Positions 13,771 to 24,517 of a DNA stretch of 64,000 bases are shown here, in pieces. The notes under the pieces were generated by a model. That model worked only from the letters and a program-made list of their open reading frames with translations, did no database searches and was not told the origin of the DNA. The DNA lies in assembly GCF_001194135.2 (NCBI RefSeq), contig NC_068984.1, positions 114,644,384-114,708,383 on the forward strand. Direction: 5' to 3'. Made by a program: the position numbers and the translations under genes. This DNA is from Octopus bimaculoides (lineage: Eukaryota). Position 1 is the first letter of the stretch, and each line of letters starts with the position of its first letter.

Positions 13771-14587
13771 CGCTAATATTTCTTTGGACCTAGTTGGTAT
13801 TATTACGACGCATCGAGTTTAAAATATCCACTGATATCGGGAAGCATTTTCTAAAATCCTTTTTCATACGTCGCCGTTTTTCACTCTATAAAGATTTCTT
13901 TGAGATTCGCGATAAATTTTCTCACTTTTATCTCTTACTTAATTATTTACTGCAGCACACTTTTAAAATAATATTTTTCTCGTATTCTGCAATAGCCCAT
14001 TTAAGTGTTCCAGTCATATAGGGATGAAGTGTATATGGTCAGCTGTTACTTCTTCCCAAATGTACAGTCTTATCTATAAAATCGATATTATTAGGCGATA
14101 AGTTTTTGTCTACCATACTATTTGAAACCGCTCAAGATACTGAGACTACTAAAGGAATATTTTGTATAGATGTTCAAAATATCTAATAAAACTACTCCAC
14201 AATATTTTACAAAGATGGCATACGATAACTATATATGTATATTTGTGTGTGTTTAGTATGTATATGTACACAAACGGAAGAAAGAGTATTCAATACATAG
14301 AGTTTATTCGTATGAATCTGGTAATTTACCTAACTACTACTCCGGGTTTCATTTGTGTTTAGTCCGTCGGACAATAAAAGAATAGCACACAGTACAACGG
14401 AGTGAGTCGTCAGATCCTAACAAGTAATATATTACAGTTACTTTGGTTAATGTTTAGGAACATTAACCGTTACTATTCTTTAAATTAAATTAAAAGCAAT
14501 GAGTGATATTCACTGGGCAAAAAGGGACTTAGTATAGAAGTGGGGTCTAGATAATAGACAAAAGAATAGGATGATAGTGACTGCGAA

Positions 14588-14636
14588 GCTTTGCCATCTG
14601 ATGAATCATTGCTAGCGAAACTTCGAAGTCACAAGC
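14588..14636 (+). ncRNA. Degenerate minimal hammerhead ribozyme-like motif
   Basis: CUGAUGA (14598-14604), GAAA (14617-14620), palindromic ACUUCGAAGU stem III and a GUC triplet are present; stems I and II pair poorly. Confidence 0.35.
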
Positions 14637-15035
14637 ACCCTGTATTTACTGTCAAATAATGATGATGAAGAATCACACGCGCAAACGAATCGTAGAGAAC
14701 TCTGTACATGTTGCTGCGATACGGTCTATTTCAATTAAATATTTATATTGCGACTCGAGTTTCACGCTGATGCGTTGACTGATTTGTTAAGATTGTGGTT
14801 TTTATAAATCTGAAGCTGGTTTGCTGTCTTCTCTTTAGACACAAGTCCTCGGTATTTGACTGAGCTGTTGGACCTTCATACAGTGGAATCGATGTCAATC
14901 ATCACGCAAGTGTGTGTATGTGTGACATATGTACAGCACAGACATTTGATCACAAACAAATCAACTGCGCTGGTTGTTCAGCAAAAAGTTACGGAATCTT
15001 CATCTGTCGTTTACAAGAGAGTCGAGTCCATATAT

Positions 15036-15083
<48 letters not shown>

Positions 15084-15092
15084 ATATATATA

Positions 15093-15157
15093 TACAGGGT
15101 GTCCACAAGGTCTGGGTACATGGAGTAAATAAAATCATAACATAAACAATTAAATAT
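15093..15157 (+). mobile_element. Tc1/mariner-like terminal inverted repeat (TA-CAGGGTGTCCACAAGG...), truncated by an N-gap
   Basis: TA followed by CAGGGTGTCC, typical of Tc1/mariner termini, located at the end of a (TA)n tract. Confidence 0.4.
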
Positions 15158-16439
15158 NNNNNNNNNNNNNNNNNNNNNNNNNNNNNNNNNNNNNNNNNNN
15201 NNNNNNNNNNNNNNNNNNNNNNNNNNNNNNNNNNNNNNNNNNNNNNNNNNNNNNNNNNNNNNNNNNNNNNNNNNNNNNNNNNNNNNNNNNNNNNNNNNNN
15301 NNNNNNNNNNNNNNNNNNNNNNNNNNNNNNNNNNNNNNNNNNNNNNNNNNNNNNNNNNNNNNNNNNNNNNNNNNNNNNNNNNNNNNNNNNNNNNNNNNNN
15401 NNNNNNNNNNNNNNNNNNNNNNNNNNNNNNNNNNNNNNNNNNNNNNNNNNNNNNNNNNNNNNNNNNNNNNNNNNNNNNNNNNNNNNNNNNNNNNNNNNNN
15501 NNNNNNNNNNNNNNNNNNNNNNNNNNNNNNNNNNNNNNNNNNNNNNNNNNNNNNNNNNNNNNNNNNNNNNNNNNNNNNTATATATATATATATATATATA
15601 TTCGAATTTGGGTAAATGTGTATAGAATAATACATTAGTTGAAAAAAGTAAAAATATAGTCTGGTTTTCAAGTTTTTTATTATCGTATTTTAACAAAACG
15701 TTTTCGTACATAGTGTACTCATCTGATAAAGATGTATGAAACTATGTATGAAAGCGCTAATTTTGTTAAAATACCATAAAAACCAGACTAACTTTGGATC
15801 TTTCTGAATTGACGGGCACCACTTTTCATTTATCTTTTATTTAACTAATAATAATGTATGTATGTGTGCGTGTGTGTACGTGCGTGTTAAAGCATTAACG
15901 TAATACCCTATTCAAACTGTTCTTCCTGTGTTGTCCTTCTTAATGTTTGTGGTATTTATACTACATACACCATATGTCTGTGTGTATGTATAAGTATGTA
16001 TGCATGTGTGTCTACAGATGCAATATATGTGCGTGTGTATGAAATATATGGGATACTTTTGTTTTGTTTCGTTTTATTTTCAAGATACAATTTTATCCTC
16101 GCCAAAAATTTATTGGCGTTAGGGTAACTAGTACCCAAGTTAAACTTGCTAGCATGTGTCTGTAGTAAATACACTTTTAGTGTAAAAGAAAGGATTGTAG
16201 TTAGACCACTAGTTTTGTAGGGGTTTTGTTTTCTTCTGTGACAATTTTTTTTTAAAAACATTGAATTCAGCATTTATATTGTTTTGTCAGAGATCGGTTA
16301 CTTATTGTCATGGCCTCAGAGAACAGTAGCTCGTTTTCTATAATAGACTCAAATTCGAACAGAACTCAGTTAGTCTGTTCTAATTTGCAAAGCAGTACAA
16401 GTGTCAGCCACGTAATTAATTAATATTTCTTTTCTGGCC

Positions 16440-16985
16440 TCCGTCTATCATTAATGACCATGGCTGAAGAGCCTAGTTGTCCGCCCTTCTAAAACACCGT
16501 TGTCAGTGACTGAGGTGAACGTAGTGTGGGGGTTCAATAGGATCCAAGAGTGGACAGTATTGTATACAAAACTGATTGTTGTCCATGCAGCGTGTGTTCC
16601 CCTCTCCACAGCACGATTTGACACCAGTATCGTCGCAGGAGTTGCCAGAACGAGGTCGTAGACAATGTCGAAGTACCTCAGAAGTTCCAACTCCCGATTT
16701 TACACCGAGGTTCACCCCGAAGCCTCTCCTATAGCTGGGTATAGCCGCAAGGCAGCGGGGTTTCGGAATCAGGATTTTCCTTGTCCTAAATGGGTTGCCT
16801 CGACCTCTGGCTAACGGGTTCCATCGGCCCAACTGACTTACTAATTAGATCATAACTGGGACTCTGGCATGTGCTACTACACCGGGTCAGAACAGATATG
16901 GTCACAGTAGTGGCTGAGAGGTAACTTCATACTTCCCGAAACCCTGTAACTCCCAAATCAGGGCCTCAGTACTGGATGCATTTTA
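16440..16985 (-). mobile_element. GC/CpG-rich island resembling the 5' UTR of an RTE-clade LINE
   Basis: Segments such as GCTGGGTATAGCCGCAAGGCAGCGG and TTTTCCTTGTCCTAAATGGGTTGCCT recall the reverse complement of RTE 5' UTRs (from memory, not searched). No coding similarity seen. Confidence 0.4.
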
Positions 16986-17406
16986 AGTCATTTTGTTTTA
17001 AAAAGAAAGTAAATATGTGGATCTTCGTCAGTTTCGACGATGAGTATTCAGTTGTTCGATCCAGGTTCATTGAATTAGTAAATGGCTGAGTATTCCGCGG
17101 ATACGTGTACTCTTAACATAATTCTCAGGCAGAATCAGCTTAAAACCATGTAAACAGGTTGCATTTTTGAATTACAAGTACAACCAACCCGACGAACTAC
17201 TGCACAGTTTCCGATGGCCGGATTTCATTCACAACACTTGAACTGACGCGAAGCTATAGAAAAAAAATTCACATTCCCAAGCACTGGGATCGAACGCAGG
17301 AGCTAATGACAGCGAAGCGAACGTCTTAATCATTCCCTCATTCTCTACATTTATGATGAATAATATAAACTACTTGTATATTTGTAGTCAAGAGAAATAA
17401 GAAAAC

Positions 17407-17449
17407 GATCTCTGACGAAGTGGTGCAAAACGCTGAAACCAGTTAGATT
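17407..17449 (+). ncRNA. Minimal type I hammerhead ribozyme motif (Penelope-like element type)
   Basis: Stem I GAUCU/AGAUU, core CUGACGA, stem II AGUG/CGCU with loop GUGCAAAA, GAAA, stem III AC-CA-GU, cleavage triplet GUU. Confidence 0.6.
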
Positions 17450-18270
17450 AAGCTTTATTTATTTATTTATTCATCTATTTGCAACAGTGAGTAAAAACAT
17501 GTCATCGAATCACGTGTATATACTTCTCACAGTGAGGCAGTGTTTTTATTGAAATAAATTTTCATATTTGGTAAGAAATGTGTTTACTAAAAGTGGGAAA
17601 TAGACTTAACCTGCTGCCAAGTTTAACACCATCACCTGGCACCTTCAGTTCTTTTAACTGGGTCCAGTCTGTTGCAAGCATTCGGGCCAGGTTTCCGGTT
17701 TCAGGATATCTTTCTCTATCCCTCCCTCCAGTTTCGGAGGGCCCTGTAAAAGGTCATGGACTGCCTTGTCTCCTGCTTAAAATAAAAATTAAAAAGAATA
17801 AACACATGCTTGTGAATATAACCTGCATCCCCCCCCTCTCTCTCTCTCAATGTCTATTTTTATGTTGAGTTATATTGAAAACGTTGTTATACTTGGGAAC
17901 GGTCATATTTTGCCGACTAAACACACGCACTATATATTTGATCTTCACTTCAGCTTTATCTCTATCATTTTAGTTTCTTTGTTAAAGTTCTTTCATCACA
18001 CATTCAGTGAACTCCCTTTGAAGAGGCTGCAGAACGTGTGACGAGAGAACCTTAACAAAGAAACTAAAATAATAGTAACAAAGCTGAAAGAAAGACCAAA
18101 TATATAGTGCGTGTGTTCAATCAGCAAAATATGACCATCCCCATATCTGTTTCACGTACGCTTTCACATCAAGAATCTTGCAAAACAAATACATAAACAT
18201 AATATAAAGAAAACAATTTTACGTTTAACTTAAGGATTACTCAATACTTGTTATAGAGTACATATCTATT

Positions 18271-18866
18271 GAGGGTGGGCAGAATGAGTAAGATTTTCTG
18301 CATTTTTGACATTGAGAAAAAAAAACTTTTTTACAAATAATCACTACCTTACAAAAACTATATCAGCTAAGCAAAATTCTCTTCTGTAAATGCATTAAAA
18401 ACACTATAACATAATCTGAAAACTATTTCAAAAAAAATATCACCGTTCTCTTTAAGCATGCAAAAGACAAATTTAGCTGGGGTAAAATGAGTAAGACAAA
18501 GATAAGGTGAATTTATCTCTTCAGTTCTTCAAAATTGTTTGAAAACAAGCTTATACACATCAATATCCATCCTTAGACATCAGAAAGATCAGAAATGCAG
18601 CAAAAATTTTTAATATCTAAGTTAAACGAAAGAGGGTAATGAAAAAATGGCACATAATATAAAATTAACGGAACTCAACTAGATCTTATAAGCTCATCAT
18701 ATTTCAACTTCAGCAACAACTATGCTGACTAATTTTTACTCCCAAAGGTGATGCAACAGTACAAAATGATGGGGCAATACTTGTAATGTAAAGACTACAA
18801 ACAAGGGGAATATAACGAGAAATCAGAAGTTGTTCATTTTACTCCTGTTACCACTTTTCCCCCTCC
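18271..18866. mobile_element. Non-autonomous DNA-transposon-like repeat, copy A
   Basis: Collinear by eye with 43244-44104 (GAGTAAGAT..CTGCATTTTTGAC, CTACCTTACAAAAACTA, GGGGYAAAATGAGTAAGACAA, ATCCATCCTTAGA). Starts GAGGG and ends CCCTC; contains an inverted TCATTTTAC motif near the right end. Confidence 0.6.
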
Positions 18867-19958
18867 TTTTTAATTCATCTTTGTTACTTAAATTATCAAC
18901 ATGTGGTGTGGGGCACAATGGGAATGAGGGGAAAATTACCCTAAAAGTGTATGATATCGTCAGTTGAAAAGCTTCGGTTAACTAAGATTATCTATCAAAT
19001 TAGTGGACAAAAGTTCCTGCTGTGAGTTTTTGTCAATAATGTTTGCTGACACGTTCGGACAGCTGCAAAATACTCATACACGCGCACACACACGCATACG
19101 CACGCACACACACACAAATGTACGTTTGAGTCATTTCCACTTTGCGCTGGTCGAGCAATTAATATTATATCACAAAAAAGAAGCCGATCAAATATTGATG
19201 ACCCGTAAAATTAAAACATACCATACATATGGTATAGTTTCTTCCTCTATTCATCTCTCTCTTTCTCTATCTCTCACTTTCTTTCTCTCACTCTCTGTTT
19301 TTCTCAGTCTCTTTTTTTCTCTTTCTTTCTCTCTCTATTTCTCTCTGTATGAAGGTCTGCACTATTCAATGTCCCTTTTCCTTTTTCAAGACGCCAGGGT
19401 GTTATTGCGACAGATTTGACTGCTATTTCTAACAGCTCAAGCGATCGTGATTTTAATTTAATTTGCCAAATTTGGCCGGACTGAATTCTAAGTTGAAATA
19501 AAACATCGGCTAACTTGTGAACTACATGATATAGTTATATGTGTTTAAAATACAACACATGTAATGTAACTTGAACCGGTTTCTAACCCCGATCGAAACG
19601 ATTTCCCATTAATTGCATTTTTCAATGTTTTGAGGCAGAACATTCTATTTTTCCATCTCGTGTAGTGAAACTCTAACCAACTCCAAGATTTATATAGTTA
19701 TCAAACCCCAATTCCCATTTTTAATTTCGTATTCATTTGTTTCTGAGTATCGTAAGATTTTCACTTTTTCTCATATTTATAGGATCCAATCAACACAACA
19801 ACAGGTCTTTTTAAATCCATTTTTATGAGAAGAACTTGTAAATGTTGTAAGCTGAAAGACTACGATGTTGGTTATAATATTGATTTTCAACAAAAGACAA
19901 AAACCATTGAAACGACTTCATTTAAAAGAGGGTAACAAGCACTCGATGCCCTCTAGAA

Positions 19959-20023
19959 CAGCTTTTTCAAACTTTTTTGTCGCGACCCACTGAAGAGCCG
20001 GGGCCCCCAGTTTGAAAAACGCT
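19959..20023. mobile_element. 65-bp hAT (Charlie-type) MITE with 8-bp TSD CTCTAGAA
   Basis: TIRs CAGC-TTTTTCAAACT / AGTTTGAAAAACGCTG; identical CTCTAGAA at 19951-19958 and 20024-20031, fitting the NTCTAGAN hAT target consensus. Confidence 0.85.
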
Positions 20024-20303
20024 GCTCTAGAATGATGTATAATTGAGGGAGTGATTTTTTTTTTTCACAATGTTCTTATTGTATACTTTAATAAATTGTG
20101 TTCTTTTTCATTAAATTATTGTTGTTCTGAATGATTTTAATATTCTCAAATATCGGCTGGTTGTTTATATCTAGCACTTAATTTTTATCAAATTTGGAGA
20201 ACAAAGTCGGGTACAGTTCAATTTGAACTCTGTCCGTCGATGGATGGAATTATATGCTAAAAGACATATCCTGTTTAAATTAATCATAATATTCGTTTAA
20301 TTG

Positions 20304-20680
20304 TGGAGTCGCAATGGCCCAGTGGACTCGGGTCCATAGGATCGCGATTTCGATTCCCAGACCGGGCGTTGTGAGTGCTTATTGAGCGAAAACACCTAAA
20401 GCTCCACAAGGCTCCTGCAGGGGATGGTGGTGAACCCTGCTGTTCTCTCTCGCCAAAACTTTCTCTCACTCTTACTTCCTGTTTCTGTTGTGCCTGTATT
20501 TCAAAGGGTCAGCCTTGTCACACTTTGTCATGCTGAATATCCCCGAGAACTACGTTAAGGGTACACGTGTCTGTGGAGTGCTCAGCCACTGGCACGTTAA
20601 TTTCACGAGCAGGCTGTTCCGTTGATCGGATCAACTGGAACCCTCGACGTCGTAAGCGACGGAGTGCCAACAAACAAACA
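20304..20680 (+). mobile_element. tRNA-derived SINE, near full length (family also at about 22345-22600, 25108-25255, 28250-28450, 62622-62940)
   Basis: tRNA-like head with A/B-box-like motifs (TGGCCCAGTGG ... TTCGATTCCC); body GTACACGTGTCTGTGGAGTGCTCAGCCACT...GATCAACTGGAACCCTCGACGTCG recurs in the window. Confidence 0.8.
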
Positions 20681-22634
20681 GTTCGTTTAATTACATTGGA
20701 TAAATAAGTGAAAAACTGTAGAGTGAAATCCGTTATCTGAGGAAACAAGGTGATAGTCGTTAATTTTGGCTGAAAATAATCATGGAAGTGTACGATAAGC
20801 TCAATTATCTCTAACCAATCCCGACCGAAGCATTTTTTCTCCCTTCCTCACTGATGAAGGGCAAAGAGCCAACAACGTTCGAGTTGTCATTGTTCGCAAT
20901 AGCTGAACTTAGCAAACTGCAGACTATAAATGTTGGCTTTTAATTTTCCCAGAAGTCAAGGATAATCCAGTAACAAGAAAGACCACTATAAGCTTAATCA
21001 AAGAATTTAACTTACATAACAAACAGAAATCTGGTGCTCTAAAATGCTGAGTCACCGTTCCGATTGCCAGTTAATATCATGTTGTTGATATTTATTTTAC
21101 ATGTTATTTATTTTTTAAGAGCTTTTCACGAAATTTGATATATAACTTTTCATTTTTTATATACCATTTTATTTGTATTTTATTTATGATCTTTCTCAAT
21201 AAATTTAATTTCTGCATATTAAAAACACGCACATATATCGTTATCATTTCCAAAACCTGTTGATGTATAAAGATAAATAAAGTATAAACAGGGTATTCAA
21301 GGCCGCGAGAGACTAACGAAATAACATAAATATGAGTCTCTGACTTAAAGAAATGAGATGCGATGTTGTTTAGCCCAAGGTTAAAACTTATTGATGTGAT
21401 ATATAAACAAAGGTATTCTATCCGTGACCATCCCATCTTTCTATTGGTTTCTAAGCGTATCATTATCTAATATGTCTTTTACTTTTTCAGACAGTAATGT
21501 GTGGTTTAATGGTAATTTAACGGTTATTTCTAGCACGTAGAATCTCCCTTCTACTCGTGGTGTTATGAGGTAAAAAGTCCCCTTCTTCTTTCTTGTTTGT
21601 GTGTGTGTGTACGCGAACGCGCTTGAGTCTGTGCATGTGTATTTTCACGTAAATTTAACCCAAGGAACGAGCTTCTACCTGGTCTCTTTCACCTTCCTAG
21701 AAGTAGTCTCCTAATATCCTTCAGAATTCACTCTCACGATAGAAAGGACACACGGAATAACATATTCCTAGATATATTAACTCTGAAAAAAAAAAAAAAA
21801 ATGAAACAGGATTGGCATAGCTGAAATGCTCTTCATAATAGGTTGCTCAGCAGGGTCTGAACTGGGCTGGCTAAACAACTATCCAAATTAATTGCAACAG
21901 AAATAAGCTTGTTCAGTCTTTACTTTCAACTATTGATTCTGTTAAACTTTTGCTGCAGATAAATAAATCTATTTATATAATTAGCTGCATGTCTCTATCT
22001 CTTTGTCTGACCCTCTGGCATAATACATCATTATCATTACCGTCATCAACATCACCATCATCATTTTAACGTCCATTTTTCCATGTTCGCATGGGTTGGA
22101 GTTTATTGAGGCAGATTTTCTATGCCTGGATGCTCTTCCTGTCGCCAACTCCAACTTTTACTGAGCAAGGTAATATTTTCCCCATGGCTAGACATGTTTT
22201 TGCTGAATACTGGAAATAAATGATACTGCTTATATGATAGTTTACAAGTATCATGTAATGTCAAGATGAGACAAAAATGTACACACTTATGCACATGTAC
22301 AACCACACACATATATACATACATAAGCACACACGTGTGTGTGTGAACTCATGTGGTTTAGTATTAGGGTGTTTGGCTCATAATTGTAAGGTTGTAAGTT
22401 CAATTCTTGGTGGTACATTGTGTCCTTGAGTAAAACACTTTATTTCATGTTCTACTCCACTCAATTGGCAAAAATTACCTGTAATTCAAAGGATCAGCCT
22501 TGTCACATTGAATCTCCTAAGAACATTAAGGGTATGTGTGTTTTCGGAGTGCTCAGCTGCTTGCACTGCTCAGATCAACTGGAACACACATCATCATAAC
22601 CGATGGAGTACCAGTTTATATATATATATGCTAC

Positions 22635-22677
22635 TTCAGGCTGATGACGAGCAAAGACTCAGAAACATGTCCCTGAA
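22635..22677 (+). ncRNA. Minimal type I hammerhead ribozyme motif
   Basis: Perfect stem I UUCAGG/CCUGAA, core CUGAUGA, stem II (C)GAG/CUC(A) with loop CAAAGA, GAAA, palindromic stem III ACAUGU, cleavage triplet GUC (22669-22671). Confidence 0.7.
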
Positions 22678-23888
22678 TGCTGGGACATAAGGACACAGGA
22701 AATGTGTCAAGGCCGACAGGAAGCGGTCCAGCTTCCTAAGGCTAAATAGTAGTATATTCCCTTATTGGGACTGTCGCGTTAAGTTGGCAAACAGGAAGGC
22801 TTTGATTGGTCTGGGGTAACAGTGAAAAACACTTACCCAAGATGCCATGCAGTGGGACTGAACACAAAACCATGCAGTTGAAAAGCAAACTTCACAACCG
22901 TGCAGCTATGCCTGCACCTATACATCACTGACAAAGAGCTCTGGTGGTATGTAGTGAAACTTTTGCCTAGTTTTGAACCATCTTGCTCATAAAAAGTAAA
23001 ACCAGCAACAATAAATTAACTGTATCACCATAAAAGGCAAGAATGTCTGCATAAACATGGTTCAACCAATTAGCTGGTATGTAGCCAATGAAATGGTATG
23101 CTTAAAAAGAGGTGTGACATTTGCACCAAGTAGTTTTTCTGAAGTTTTGCTAAAAGTTATAAAAGGCTGAAATATTGAACTCCAAGACAGAACAATCCCA
23201 TGCATGACATGGAACTCTGTCATTCAGTTCCGTAATTCCATGATAGGTTTTTCAATAACTACAGACAATTATCATACAATAAACTAAAATATTATTTCTA
23301 TTTTACCCAGTAAAAAATTAAAATTCTCTTGTATACTATAATGTGTAAGTTTTTCAATTTAATTTTTCATAGTACATACATGAATACTACTGTTTGAAGT
23401 AATAAAATACAGAAATATATATCATTATTAGTGTGACCATTAAAGGCAGCAAGCTGGAAAACTTGTTAGATAGCTGGTCAAAGTGCTTAGCACCATCTAG
23501 TCTGTCTTTATGTTCTGAGTTCAAATTCTGCTGAGGTCAGCTTTGCCTTTCATCCTTTTCAGGTCAATAAAATAAGTACCATCTGGGTTGATATGATTGA
23601 CTTACTCCTTCGTTCGAAATTGCTGGCCTTATGCCAAAATTTGAAACCATTATTAGTGAGGTCATTCTCACTTTAGCACACAGCTTACCAGCCTACCTTC
23701 TACCTTCTTACTGTTGTGTATTACCAATGATGACATTATGACGACCACTTCCTGCCAAGGTTACCTTTACCTTTCATCCTTTTGCAGCCGATAAATAAAA
23801 TACCAATCTATTACTAGGAGTGATAAATATAATACCAATCCAGTCTTGGGTGATTCTCTCTCAAAAAAAAAAAAAAAAATCAATTTAT

Positions 23889-24517
23889 GGCAGGAGTGGC
23901 TATGTGGTAAGTAGCTTGCTTACCAACCACATGGTTCCGGGTTCAGTCCCACTGCGTGGCACCTTAGGCAAGTGTCTTCTACTATAGCCTCGGGCCAACT
24001 AAAGCCTTGTGAGTAGATTTTGTAGATGGAAACTGAAAGAAGCCCGTCGTATATATATATATATATATTTTCGAGCGTGGCCGTTTTCGTGCGGGTGACA
24101 CGTAAAAGCACCCACTACACTCTCTGAGTGGTTGGCGTTAGGAAGGGCATCCAGCTGTAGAAACTCTGCCAAATTAGATTGGAACCTGGTGTAGCCATCC
24201 GGTTGCACCAGTCCTCAGTCAAATCGTCCAACCCATGCTAGCATGGAAAGCGGACGTTAAACGATGATGATGATGATATATATATATTTATGTATGTGCA
24301 TGTATATGTTTGTGTTTGTCCCCCCCCCCCAGGACATCGCTTGACAACCGATGCTGGTGTGTTTACGTCCCCGTAACTTAGCGGTTCGGCAAAAGAGACC
24401 GATAGAATAAGTACTAGGCTTACAAAGAATAAGTCCTGGGGTCGATTTGCCCGACTAAAGGCGGTGCTCCAGCATGGCCGCAGTCAAATGACTGAAACAA
24501 GTAAAAGAGTAAAGAGA
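23889..24517 (+). mobile_element. Young tRNA-derived SINE carrying an RTE-tail insertion in its internal (TA)n tract (other copies at about 3150-3520, 6053-6215, 8165-8320, 39795-39950, 46190-46330, 55545-55700)
   Basis: Head GGCAGGAGTGGCTATGTGGTAAG...GGTTCAGTCCC; 3' part ends AAGTAAAAGAGTAAAGAG; near-identical to the minus-strand copy at 55943-56277. Confidence 0.85.
24073..24277 (+). mobile_element. Short RTE 3'-derived retroelement with (GAT)n tail
   Basis: Highly similar by eye to 57907-58081 and 60257-60478; flanked by (TA)n on both sides. Confidence 0.8.

Noticed and set aside
15718-15756. CUGAUAA...GAAAC hammerhead-like string
   Set aside because: G8 is missing from the core and there is no stem II.
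20848-20892. CUGAUGA followed by a GGC-AAAGA-GCC hairpin
   Set aside because: No GAAA core strand and no stem I pairing.
24195-24222. CUGAGGA-CUGGU-GAAAC on the minus strand of the RTE-tail elements (clearest at 58003-58022)
   Set aside because: Stem II is too short and no U-H cleavage site follows stem III; coincidental.
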